Shown in pieces: positions 52,123-64,000 of a stretch of 64,000 nucleotides of DNA. The DNA is from Squalus acanthias (lineage: Eukaryota), in assembly GCA_030390025.1 (NCBI GenBank), contig JASTWF010000031.1:4030001-4094000 (forward strand), read 5' to 3'. A program made the translations under genes and the position numbers. Each line of letters starts with the position of its first letter. The first letter of the stretch is position 1. The notes under the pieces were generated by a model. The model had not been told where the DNA came from. It did not search any database and was given only the letters and a program-made list of their open reading frames with translations.

Positions 52123-55100
52123 TTTTTTTTATTCGTTCATGGGATGTGGGCGTCGCTGGCAAGACCAGCATTTATTGCCCATTTCTAATTGCCCTTGAGA
52201 AGCACCTATAACCGTGGTGAGCCGCCGCCTTGAACCACTGCAATCCGTGTGGTGAAGGTACTCCCACAGTGCTATTAGGGAGTTCCAGGATTTTGACCCA
52301 GCGACGCTAAAGGAACGGCGATATATTTCCAAGTCAGGATGGTGTGTGACTTGGAGGGGAACTTGGAGGTGGTGGGTGTTCTCATGCGCCTGCTGCCCTT
52401 GTCCTTCTAGGTGGTAGAAGTTTGGGAGGTGCTGCCGAAGAAGCCTTGGTGAGTTGCTGAAGTGCATCTTGTAGATGGTACACACTGCAGCCACAGTACG
52501 CCAGTGGTGGAGGGAGTGAATGTTTAAGGTGGTGGATGGGGTGCCAATCAAGTGGGCTGCTTTGTCTTGGATGGTGTCGAGCTTCTTGAGCGTTGTTGGA
52601 GCTGCACTCATCCAGGCAAGTGGAGAGTATTCCATCACAGTCCTTACTTGTGCCTTGTAGATGGTGGAAAGGCTTTGGGAAGTCAGGAGGTGAGACACTC
52701 GCCGCAGGATACCCAGCTTTTGACCTGCTCTTGTTGCCACAGTATTTATGTGGCTGGTCCAGTTAAGTTTTTGGTCAATGGTGACCCCCAAGATATTGAT
52801 GGTGGGGGATTCGGCGATGGTAATGCCGTTGAATGTCAAGGGGAGGTGGTTAAACGCTTGCTTGTTGGAGATGGTCATTGCCTGGCACTTGTGTGGCACG
52901 AATGTTACGTGGCACGAATGTTACTTGCCACTTATCAGCCCAAGCCTGAATGTCGTCCAGGTCTTGCTGCTTGCGGGCATGGACTGCTTCATTATCTGAG
53001 GAGTTGCGAATGGCACTGAACACTGTGCAGTCACCAGCGAACATCCCCACTTATGACCTTGTGATGGAGGGAAGGTCATTGCTAAAGCAGCTGAAGATGG
53101 TTGGGCCTAGGACACTGCCCTGAGGAACTCCTGCAGCGATGTCCTGGGGCTGTGATGATTGACCTTCAACCACCACAACCGTCTTCCTTTTTGCCAGGTG
53201 TGACTCCAGCCAGTGGAGAGTTTTCCCCCCAATTCCCATTGACTTCAGTTTTGACCTGTCAGAATTTTATACACTTCTATGAGGTCCCCTCTCAATCTTC
53301 TAAACTCCAGTGTGTACATCCCTAAACTACATAGTCTCTCCTCATAGGTCAATCCCGCCATTCCTGGTATCAGCCTGGTGAATCGCCGCTGCACCCCCTC
53401 CATGGCAAGAACATCTTTCCTCAGATGAGGCGACCAAAACTGTACACAGTACTCGAGGTGTGGTCTCACCAGTGCCCTGTACAGCTGCAGCAAGGTATCC
53501 CTGTTCCTGTATTCCAACCCTTTTGCTATGAAGGCCAGCATACCGTTTGCCTTCTTGACCGCCTGTTGCACCTGCATGCTCGCCTTCAGTGGCTGGTGTA
53601 CAAGAACACCCAGGTCTCTCTGTACTTCCCCCTCTCCCAATTTATTGCCATTTAAATAATAATTTGCACTCCCGTTCCTGCACCCAAGGTGGATAACTTC
53701 GCACTTGTCCACATTATAGTGCATCTGCCATTTATCCGCCCAATCACCCAGTCTGTCCAAATCGCTCTGGAGCTTCCTGGTCTCCTCCTCTGAGCCCACC
53801 CCCCCTCCTAGTTTAGTGTCGTCTGCAAATTTGGAAATGCTGCATTCGACTCCCTGATCCAGGTCATTAATATAAATTGTGAACAGCTGGGGACCCAGGA
53901 CAGATCCCTGTGGTACCCCACTTGTTACTGCCTGCCATTAAGAAAATGAGCCGTTTATTCCAACTCTCTGTTTTCTATCTGACAGCCAGTTCTCTATCCA
54001 CGTCAATACTTTCCCCTTTATCCCATGAGCTTCAATTTTCCATGCTAATCTTTTATGTGGGACCTTATCGAAGGCCTTTTGGAAGTCCAGGTACACCACA
54101 TCTACTGGCTCTCCCCCATCTATTTTACCAGTTACTCCCTCAAAAAATTCCAATAGATTAGTCAAGCACGATTTACCCTTTGTAAATCCATGTTGACTCT
54201 GTCCTATCCTGTCCCCATTTGCTAAGTGCTCGGCTATTTCATCCTTAATGATGGACTCCAGCATTTTGCCCACAACTGATGTAAGGCTTACAGGTCTGTA
54301 ATTACCTGCTTTTTCCCTACCCCCCTTTTTGAATAGTGGGGTAACGTTAGCTACCCTCCAATCCATGGGCACTGTTCCCGAGTCTAATGAATTCTGAAAA
54401 ATCATGCTTAGTGCATCCGCTATCTCTAGGGCCACCTCCTTCAGTACCCTAGGATGCATGTTATCAGGCCCTGGGGATTTGTCCGCCTTCAATCCCTTTA
54501 GCTTCCTTAACACCATATCCTTAGAGATATTGATTTGCGTCAGTTCCTCCTTTGCCAATGTCCCTATTTTTCCCGATATCCCAGGGAGGTTTTTTGTGTC
54601 TTCCTTCGTAAAGACTGACCCAAAGTATGCATTTAGTTGGTCTGCCATTTCCTTATTTCCCATTATATATTCCCCCGTATCTGACTGCAATGGACCAACT
54701 TTGGTTTTCACCAGTCTTTTCCTCTTGATATACTTATAAAAGCTTTTGGAGTTAGTTTTTATATTTTCCGCCAGCTTGCTTTCGTAAGCTATTTTGCCCT
54801 TCTTGATTAAGCCCTTTGCCCTCCTTTGCTCTATCTTAAACTGTTCCCAATCTTCCGCTCTGGCGCGTTTTTTGGCTATTTTATACGCCCTATCTTTGGA
54901 TTTTATGCTGTCTCTAATTTCCCCTGTTATCCACGGTTGAGTCACCTTTTTAGATTTCCTTTTATGCCAGATTGGTATAAACAATTTTTGCAATTTTGTC
55001 ATTCTATCTTTAAATGCTTGCCATTGTTTATCTACCTCCAGTCCTCCCAGGAACGTTGTCCAATCAGACCTACTCAGTTCCCGTCTAATGGCATCATAAT

Positions 55101-56880
55101 TCCCCTTGTTTAAATTCAGGACCTGAGTCTCTGAGTCAATTTCTTCGCTCTCCATTTCGAGTGAGAAATCGATCATGTTATGATCGCTCTGACCCAAGGG
55201 TCCCCGTACAACAAGATTACTAATTAGTCCCTTCTCATTGCACAGTACCCAGTCCAATATAGCCTGTTCCCGAGTTGGTTCCTCGACATATTGATCCAGA
55301 TAACCATCCCTTAAACACTCAAGGAATTCCTCCTCCTCATTATTTTTACTGATTAGGCTAGTCCAATCTATATGTAAGTTAAAGTCACCTATGATGACAG
55401 CTGTGCTCTTATTGCACGCTTCTCTAATTTCCCTCGTGATGCCCTCCCCAACCTCTATTTTACTATTTATTAGGGCTCCTTCATGCCACACTCGGTCAAA
55501 TGCTGCCTTGATGTCAAGGGCAGTCACTCTCACCTCGCCTCTGGAATTCAGCTCTTTTGTCCATGTTTGGACCAAGGCTGTAATGAGGTCTGGAGCAGTG
55601 TGGTCCTGGTGGAACCCAAGCTGGGCATCAGTGAGCAGGTTATTGGTGAGTAAGTGCTGCTTGATAGCACTGTCGACAACACCATCCATCACTTTGCTGA
55701 TGATTGAGAGTAGACTGATGGGGCGGTAATTGGCCAGATTGGATTTGTCCTGCTTTTTGTGGGCAGGACATACCTGGGCAGTTTTCCACATTGTCGGATA
55801 GATGCCAGTGTTATAGCTGTACTGGAACAGCTTGGCTAGAGGCGCGGCTAGTTCTGGAGCACAAGTCTTCAGCACGACAGCCGGGATGTTGTCGGGGCCC
55901 ACAGCCTTTGCTGTATCCAGTGCGCTCAGCCATTTCGTGATATCACATGGAGTGAATCGCATTGGCTGAAGATTGGCTTCTGTGGTGGTGGGGACCTCAG
56001 GAGGAGGCCGATATGGATCATCCACTCTGCAATTCTGGCTGAAGATGGTTGCAAACACTTCAGCTTTGTCTTTTGCACTCACGTGCTGGGCACCACCATC
56101 ATTGAGGATGGTGATATTCATGGAGCCTCCTCCTCCCATTAGTTGTTTAATGGTCCACCACCATTCACGACTGGATGTGGCAGGACTGCAGAGCTTCGAT
56201 CTGATCCATTGATTGTGGGATCGCTTAGCCCTGTCTATAGCATGCTGCTTCCGCTGTTTAGCATGCATGTAGTCCTGTGTTGCAACTTCCCCAGGTTTGT
56301 ACCGCATTTTTAGGTACGCCTGGTGCTCCTGGCATGCTCTTCTATACTCCTTATTGAACCAGGGTTGGTCCCCTGGCTTGATGGTAATGGTAGAGTGAGG
56401 GATATGCCAGGCCATGAGGTGGAATACAATCTGCTGCTGCTGATGGCCCACAGCATCTCATGGATGCCCAGTTTTGAGCTGCTAGATCTGTTATGAATCT
56501 ATCCTATTTAGCATGGTGGTAGTGCCACACAACACAATGGAGGGTGTCCTCGGTGTGAAGACGAGACTTCGTCTCCATAATGACTGTGCGGTGGTCACTG
56601 CTACCAATGCTGTCATGGACAGATGAATCTTCGACCAGTAGATTGGTGAGGACAAGGTCAAGTAGGTTTTTCCCCTCGTGTTGGTTCTCTCACCACCTGT
56701 CGCAGGCCCAGACTGGCAGCTTTGTCCTTCAGGACTCAGCCAGCTCAGTCAGTAGTGGTGCTACCGAGCCACTCTTGGTGATGGACAATGAAGTCCCCCA
56801 CCTAGAGTACATTCTGGGCCCTTGCTACTCTGTGCTTCTTCCGCGTGGTGTTCAACATGGAGGAGGAGTACTGATTTATC
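52123..56880 (-). mobile_element. Non-LTR LINE of a distinct CR1/L2-group family with a poly(A) end, interrupted at 53254-55467
   Basis: KPGDQPWF, NYRPISLL, ALDIKAAFDRVWH | KLKSMGI...[30 protein letters not shown]; 3' end ...catgaacgaataaaaaaaa at 52123; 16-bp tandem duplication at 52893-52924. Confidence 0.88.
53254..55467 (-). mobile_element. Well-preserved internal CR1 ORF2 segment lacking the 3' UTR/tail
   Basis: GDFN, SDHN and the complete RT ([22 protein letters not shown]) lie in one frame with a single TAA at 53938-53940; ends at YKILTG. Confidence 0.9.
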
Positions 56881-58019
56881 GGCTGAGGGAGCTAGAGTAT
56901 TTCTGGTTGGAAAAAGGGTCTTGCGATGATCTACAAAAAATCCACAATCTTTTTAAAGGAGCATGGCCATTCCATCTGTTACCTGATCCTGAGTTTGACT
57001 GTACTCAAGATGACAACATGCAAAATCTATTTTGAGACAAAACTGATAACTCGTGTGCTGGTGAGTTGGCCAGATTTGCAATTTTCCTTTGTCCCTCTCT
57101 CCCCTACTAAGGGCTGCAACATTTGTGTATTTTCCCCAATGACTGCTCTGCTTTTCCGTCATTCCTCTTTCCTGTTTTCTTTCCTCTGTTGTGTGATCAT
57201 GCAGACTTCAAGATTCCGCTCTTCCTCCTGCCTCTTCTTTTTTAAAGGAGGATAAGTAGTGATTCATATGACTGCCCCACAGAATGCTGTTGCACTTGCT
57301 TGCTGACGTGTATTCTATTTCTGCCGCACATGTTCGTTATAATTAAAGAAAAATCTAAAGTGAGTATTTTGGACTTTACTGTGCACTCTCTTGTGCAAGG
57401 TTCACCTAAAGCAGGAAGCAAATGGATTCCTAAGCAGCCATTCGTAAATCATTGCTTGCCAGTCTGTACATACACACATGCCAAATATTAGTGTTGTTTT
57501 TCACATTATTTTCTTAATTATTTATTTCGTGCTGCTTTTCTAAATACTTGGGGGGAAAAAAATCTTCATTTTTTAATGACTTATCTTCTGAAAAAATTGT
57601 CCCCCAAACCCAGTGACACTGCTGATCTAATCAATTGTGTTCATTTTATCCAACCAGGTACTCTTCTCTATTTTTCACTCCTCAGCACTCCTCTCTTCCC
57701 TCCCTCCTATCTATACTTCACAACCCATTTTGGGCGATTCTCCTCTTCCCTCCATCTCCCATCACAATTCTGCCCGATCTCCTTTTTTCCCAATCCATCA
57801 TAAGCCTTCCCAGTTCGTTCCCTTTTTTTTTGGCCCAATCATCAACCATAACCTAATTATGGTATCAAGTTACTGATGTATGAAGGGCTTGATTGGGAGA
57901 AAGTTGGTGGAATGGCCATAAAATAGTGTGCACTTGCATCTTGACACCATTTCAAAACCCGCAGCAAAAGGACTGATATCTGATAAGTTTTGGATGAATC
58001 ACAACTTCCTCTTGCTGAA

Positions 58020-58186
58020 ACGATAGCAAAATACTGCGGATGCTGGAAATCCGAAATAACAACAGAAAACGCTGGAAAAACTCAGCAGGCCAGGCAGCAT
58101 CCGTGGAGAGAGAAACACAAACTTTGTTTCTCTCTCCACGGATGCTGCCTGGCCTGCTGAGTTTTTCCAGCGTTTTCTGTTGTTAT
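58020..58186. mobile_element. Penelope-like solo terminal repeat forming a perfect 65-bp inverted repeat
   Basis: 14-bp TSD TTCCTCTTGCTGAA (58006-58019, 58187-58200). Arms 58053-58117 and 58125-58189 are exact reverse complements with a 7-nt loop; ~33-nt extra tail at 58020-58052. Confidence 0.8.
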
Positions 58187-58224
58187 TTCCTCTTGCTGAA
58201 CATTGGGAACATCAAAGCCTTCAT

Positions 58225-58445
58225 TTTCGGCACCCACCATGAATACTGCTCTGTTGCCACTCCCGGGGAACTCACTCTGGCTGAACAAAGCCATGCACAA
58301 ACTCTGTGTCGTATTCAACCCTGAGCTAACTTCAAGCCCCACCTCCTTTCAATCACCATCCACTTACTTCCAGAGCATAGCCTGTCTTCACCCCTACCTC
58401 AGCCCCGCCCCCATTGTTGAAACCCTTATTCATGCTTGTCACTTT
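58225..58445 (+). mobile_element. Old L2 fragment
   Basis: ggctgaac...gtcgtattcaaccctgag...gaaacccttattcatgc resembles L2 49350-49520. Confidence 0.5.
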
Positions 58446-58549
58446 CATGTGTATGTTTAGTAGCAGTTTGTACGATAGGTGCCTGCCACTACTTTTGTTA
58501 TGAAATCTGAGCAGTAGATTGGGTAACAACCCTTTTATGGTGAACATTT

Positions 58550-59046
58550 GGGGGAAAAGTTTGGTTATTTTGCGCCGCCTGTTAGCGCCCCCTAATGGGG
58601 CGCAAAGCAACTAGCGTCCAGGCGCGGCGCCGCTAACTCCTCCCGCGAAATTCAGTGGGAGGTTAGCGGTGGCAGGAGCTGGTAGCGCCCTGCGCTCGCG
58701 CCCCAGCCGCAAACTTGGCTCGCGCCCCCTGATCTGCCGCCGGACGCTATGTCCGACAGGGTCAGGGGAGCGTTTTTGTGGCCGAGGCGGCGATAATTAA
58801 AGGGCAGGTGCCGGGCAGCCATTTTTCATTTTATGCCCCCTAGTTCTGCGGGGTGCCGGCTGCGATCGGTCAGCCCGGCACTCCGCGATATTCAAAGGGG
58901 GCGCCTGAAGAGGGAGGGGGAGATCTTCCGGTAGCACCCCGCTTCCAGCTTGGGGCGCTACCATTGAATTTCGGGCGCGGGGGTGCTAAAAGTAGCGCCC
59001 CAGCGAAGTTATTGCCCCAAAGGGGTTGCGAGCCAATTTTCTCCCC
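58550..59046. mobile_element. PIF/Harbinger-type MITE
   Basis: Ends GGGGGAAAAGTTTGG / CCAATTTTCTCCCC; TSD TTT (58547-58549, 59047-59049); homologous to 10710-11364. Confidence 0.85.
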
Positions 59047-59849
59047 TTTGAATATTCCAGGCTCTCTCTCTAGGTAGATTCCTACGCAATGCCAATGTTC
59101 AACACTATAAAGTACAATTCAAAAATGGCAAACCTCTCCAGAGCATTTAATAAATCACAACAGCGTCTAAATAGATTAAATCAGTGCTTTTTAAAAAAAA
59201 AACTTCTACAGTAATGTTACTATGGTCATCAAAGGGTTACGTAGTAGTTATGCTTGCTATGTGGTCGAACCAGTTTCTGATCATGCTGCTAGTGACAACT
59301 TGTTCTTTTTGGAGAAAGATTTATTTGTATTTGGTTTTCCCAGTATCTTGTACTTGTTGCTCTGTACCTGGAGTTTGACCTTTGAACAAGATTATGTTGG
59401 CACAAGTGTGAGTGAGGAAGATGAGAGTATGGCGCGAGAATTTACATTACGTTTTTAATTAGAAAGAGACTGTTGCATTAAATCATTCTTTCTTATTTGT
59501 GTTGGATGTTCTGAATTCTGTAAACATTTCAGAAGCGTCTGAGGTGTTGCTGTCCCTGTTTTAGGTTGGATAGTTTGCTACTGTCACCGGGAGGTCGATT
59601 TAACAACAAGTTCGGTGTCCTTTGAGACAACATTAGTTGTGATCTAAGATCACGTGGCGTTGGCGGGGGGGGGGCGCAAGAAGGCTGTCACCATCCACCT
59701 CAGGTTGGATAGTAAAGTACATATTGTAAGGAACATTAATGGTTAAATACTCAGCATTTGTGAAATGTAGTTTGTCTGCTAAATATGACATTTGGAGTCA
59801 TAACATACGAGGGAGCTGAGACGATCTTAAAAACCATGAGAAGATAGCA

Positions 59850-60100
59850 CAAGATAAAAGCAGACATGAAGGAAATATATAACAGGCCCACCAGCATTTC
59901 ATTAGAGAAATGATAGGTTAGCATTTCCAGTAGATTTCCTTCATCAGAACTGAAAAAGGCAGCTTCTCTTGTTCCTTTTTCAGTTCTGGCAAAAATTAGC
60001 CTGTGCCCAAAATATTAACCTGTCTTTTGTCTTTTCAGATGGTGATAGACCTGCTGTGTACTTGCAGCATTTTCTGCTTTCCTTCCAGATTTCCAGTTTT
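59850..60100. mobile_element. Old Penelope-like palindromic terminal-repeat remnant
   Basis: Inverted repeat cagaactgaaaaagg (59945-59959) / cctttttcagttctg (59974-59988); CTGATGA on the - strand at ~59941-59947; right arm gacctgctg...cagcattttctg...cagatttccag. Confidence 0.5.
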
Positions 60101-60808
60101 TTCCTTTAATGGGAACCTAGCGTGAGCTGTATTATCAATGTCATCTCAGCCCCAATATGTGTTATTGCCTTGTCACATGCTCTAGGCTGTGCTCACCTAT
60201 AAGTATACAAATGTAAGGATTTCTTACTGTTTTTAGCATTTTCATGACAGAGAAAAAAAGCTATTATTACTTGGCTTTGTAAACAATATACTGTGAAGGT
60301 ATTCCATTTCACAAAGATGGGAAGCTGCTGTATATGATTTGACCTACAGTGATAAAGAGATTTATCTCGCCGCATGCTGCAGGAGAATTACAAACCTTAC
60401 ATACATAAATATAACATTTCCCTAGCTAGATAGCCTATTCTAAATATACCAGCAAAAGGTACCAAAAAGTCAGCACTATCTATTAGCAAAGACGCCTTTA
60501 TCACAAAGGAGTTTGTACTCATAGCAGCTCCAGGACATAAATGTCCTGCTTATGTTTCCTTCTTGTTAAAAGTAACTGTAAAAGTAAATTGTTACTGGCA
60601 TTATCTATATTTTTAATAATGTTAAAAATGATTTTTTTTTCCTGAGTTGTCACTTTCTAGCAAGCTCAATGTTTCACATTCTTTTTAAATTTCAGTGAAT
60701 GTCAGTTTTGAGCCAGCTGATTGGTTGGCCATGAGTGTTGCTTTCTAGCAAGTTGATTGGTTCCTGCTCCCAGCCAACCAATCAACTAAAGAAATCTCTT
60801 TCTCTTAG

Positions 60809-63160
60809 CGTGCTAAGCTTGAATAAAGGAGACTATGAAGGTATGCGAGCGGAATTGAGTAGAGTGGATTGGGAAAATAGATTAAAGGTAAGACGACACA
60901 TGATCAGTGGTGTACATTCAAGGAGTTATTTTACAACTTCCAAAAAAAATATATTCCACTGAAAAGAAAAGGGTGTAAAAGAAAGGACAGTCATCTGTGG
61001 CTAAGTAAGAAATTAAGGATAGTATTCGACTAAAAACAAGGGCATATAAGGTAGCGAAATCTAGTGGGAGGACAGAGGATTGGGAAAACTTTAAAAGGCA
61101 GCAAAAAATAACAAAAAGATTGATTAAGAAAGGGAAGATAGATTATGAAAGTAAATTAGCAAAAAATATAAAAACAGATAGTAAGAGTTTTTATAGTTAT
61201 ATAAAAAGAAAAAGGGTGGCTAAAGTAAATGTTGGTCCCTTAGAGGATGAGACCGGGAAATTAATGGTGGGAAATATGGAGATGGCAAAAACACTGAATG
61301 AATATTTTGTATCAGTCTTTACAGTAGAGGACACTAAGAATATCCCAACACTGGACAAACAGGGGCTATAGGGGAGAGGAGCTAAACACGATCAAAATCA
61401 CTAAGGAAGTGGTACTCGGTAAAATAATGGGACTCAAGGCGGATAAATCACCTGGACCTGATGGCTTACATCCTAGAGTCTTGAAGGAAGTGGCGGTAGG
61501 GATTGTAGATGCATTGGTAATAATTTTTCAAAACTCCCTGGATTCCGCTAAGGTCCCGGCAGACTGGAAAACTGCTAATGTAACACCCTTATTTAAAAAG
61601 GGCAGTAGACAGAAGGCTGGTAACTATAGACCGGTTAGCCTAACATCTGTGGTAGGTAAAATTTGGAGTCCATTATTAAGGAAACAGTAACAGGACATTT
61701 GGATAATCATAATTTAATAGGACAAAGTCAGCATGGTTTTACGAAGGGGAAGTCATGTTTGACAAATTTGCTGGAGTTCTTTGAGGAAGTAACATATAGA
61801 GTGGATAAAGGGGAACCAGTGACGTAGTGTATTTAGACTTCCAAAAGGCATTTACAAGGTGCCACACAAAAGATTATTGCTTAAGGTAAAAAATCACGGA
61901 ATTGGGGGTAATATTCTGGCATGGATAGAGGATTGGCTATCTAACAGAAAGCAAAGAGTTGGGATAAATGGTTCATTCTCAGACTGGCAATCAGTAACTA
62001 GTGGTGTTCCACAGGGGTCAGTGCTGGGTCCCCAACTCTTCACAATCTATATTAACGATTTGGAGGAAGGGACCAAGTGTAACATATCAAAATTTGCAGA
62101 TGATACAAAGATGGAGGAAAGTAGTGAATGAGGAGGACATAAAAACCTGCAAGGGACATAGACAGGCTAAGTAAGTGGGCAGAGATTTGGCAGATGGAAT
62201 ACAACACTGGAAAGTGTGAGGTGATGCACTTTGGCAGGAAAAATCCTAGAGCAATTTATTATCTTAATGGCAAGAAACTGGAGAGTACTGAAGTGCAAAG
62301 GGATCTGGGGGTCCTGGTGCACGAAACTCAAAAGGTTAGTATGCAGGTGCAGCAAGTGATTAAGAAGGCAAATGGAATGTTGGCTTTCATTGCTAGGGGG
62401 ATAGAATATAAAAATAGGGAGGTATTGCTTCAGTTGTACAAGGTATTGGTGAGACCGCACCTGGAATACTGCATACAGTTTTGGTGTCCTTACTTAAGGA
62501 AAGACATCCTTGCTCTCGAGGCAGTGCAAAAAAGGTTCATTCGGTTAATCCCGGGGATGAGGGGTGGTCATATAGGAGAGGTTGGGTAGATGGGACTCTA
62601 CTCATTGGAGTTCAGAAGAATGAGAGGCGATCTTATTGAAACATATAAGATTGTGAAGGGGTTGGATCGGGTGGATGCGGGAGGATGTTCCCGATGACGG
62701 GTGAGACGAGAACTAGGGACATAGTCTTAGAATAAGGGCTGCTCTTTCACAAAACTGAGATGAGGAGGAACTACTTCACTCAGAGGGTGGTAGGTCCATG
62801 GAATATGCTGCCACAAAAAGCTGTAGAAGCTACAACATTAATTAAATTTAAAACAGAAATAGACAGTTTCCTAGAAGTAAAGGGCATTAAGGTTTACGGG
62901 GAGCGGGCAGGAATTTGGACATGAGTCTAGGTTCGGATCGGTCATGGCCCTGTGGGTAGTGGAGCGGGCCCAGGGACTGTGTAGCCTGATTCTGCTCCTA
63001 TTTCGTGTGTGCAATTCTGTTAGATGCAGGAGATGGTTCTGTGATAGATAGTAGATTGGCGGTTAGGATCAGATCAGCCATGATCTTATTGAATGGCGGA
63101 GCAGGCTCGAGGGGCCGATTGGCCTACTCCTGCTCCTATTTCTTATGTTCTTATGTTCTT
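60809..63160 (+). mobile_element. CR1 LINE ORF2 remnant (to ~63005) plus a second CR1 3' terminus (63065-63160)
   Basis: ORFs 61120-61371, 61409-61690, 61859-62131 and 62194-62589 with CR1 RT motifs; (ttcttatg)n tail ends at ~63160. Confidence 0.92.
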
Positions 63161-63612
63161 ATCCTGCCAATGGATTTGCAGGATCTTGTGGAGGCAGCGT
63201 TGGTGGTACCTCTCCAGTGCTTTGAGGTGCCTGCTGTACATGGTCCATGTCTCTGAGGCATACAGCAGGACGGGTATCACTGCTGCTCTGTAGACCATGA
63301 GCTTAGTGCCGGGTTTGAGGTCCTGGTCTTCAAACACTCTCTTCCTCAGGCGACCGAAGGCTGCACTCGCACACTGAAGGCGGTGTTGGACTTCATCGTC
63401 GACGTCTGCCTTGTTGACGGTAGGTTCCCGAGGTATGGAAAGTGGTCCACGTTGTCCAAGGCCTTGTCGGAGGTCGAACTCCAAACCATCGTCAACACCT
63501 TCACCGAAGCGTACGAGAGCATGGGCCTTACACTAAACATCCGTAAGACAAAGGTCCTCTACCAACCTGCCCCTGCCACACAGTACTGCACCCCGATTAT
63601 CAAAATCCACGA
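63161..63612 (-). mobile_element. RTE-clade LINE fragment with an inverted 5' segment (63470-63612 on +)
   Basis: Minus strand: ALDNVDHFPYLG, ASAAFGRLRKRVF, LLYASETWT, LERYHQRCL. Plus strand: ELQTIVNTFTEAYESMGLTLNIRKTKVL. Confidence 0.88.
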
Positions 63613-64000
63613 CTAAAGAAATAACAACTGGAAGACATCACAAAATAGCTTCACGGTTTCCCCAGTTCCATCCTTACCAGCATTCTCAAGTCTACAGAAT
63701 GTCAGAAGCTACTACTGATTCCTGAAATCACCAAAATATATAGACGACATTCATAATACCAGTCTGTTTGTGGCAGGCTGCTTGAAATATTTAATTCTTG
63801 CTCAAAACAGAAGAGAACATTTCATTATTGCAAGTTGGAAAAAAAAAAATCTCATCCATTCATATTTTTAGAACATATTTCTTTTTTTTGAACTTCTTCA
63901 TCTTTCCACCATCATTTCGGCACTCTCACACACACTGATGCTGACGTTGCTCCAAGCCAACAGTTTTTTCACTTTTTCAATGAGCAATGCCACCGGGGAT

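Noticed and set aside
53938-56451. 837-aa ORF as a functional gene or active LINE ORF2
   Set aside because: It is a chimera of two LINE fragments, lacks a full endonuclease, and stops before the catalytic FADD motif.

Overview
Vertebrate genomic DNA, most likely from a cartilaginous fish (inferred from the shark-type DeuSINE, CR1 and L2 repertoire). The only host gene is HPCAL1 (hippocalcin-like 1 / VILIP-3). Its complete 193-aa CDS lies on the + strand in three GT-AG exons (2727-3104, 43026-43131, 45079-45176), with a ~40 kb intron. The rest is mostly transposon debris: CR1, L2 and RTE LINE fragments, DeuSINEs, hAT elements with 8-bp TSDs, and PIF/Harbinger-type elements with 3-bp TSDs, some carrying Myb/SANT-like remnants. 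Five observations stand out. (1) A family of tiny (100-170 bp) TSD-flanked insertions carries a minimal hammerhead-ribozyme motif and Penelope-like inverted/tail architecture, including a perfect 65-bp palindrome. (2) A tail-less CR1 segment is inserted in frame into a different LINE, giving a ~1070-codon chimeric frame with one stop. (3) A twin-primed RTE insertion has TSDs that bracket a CR1. (4) A hAT>CR1>MITE nest has three levels. (5) The SINE and L2 copies share a 3' tail. All calls were made by eye; no database searches or folding were run.
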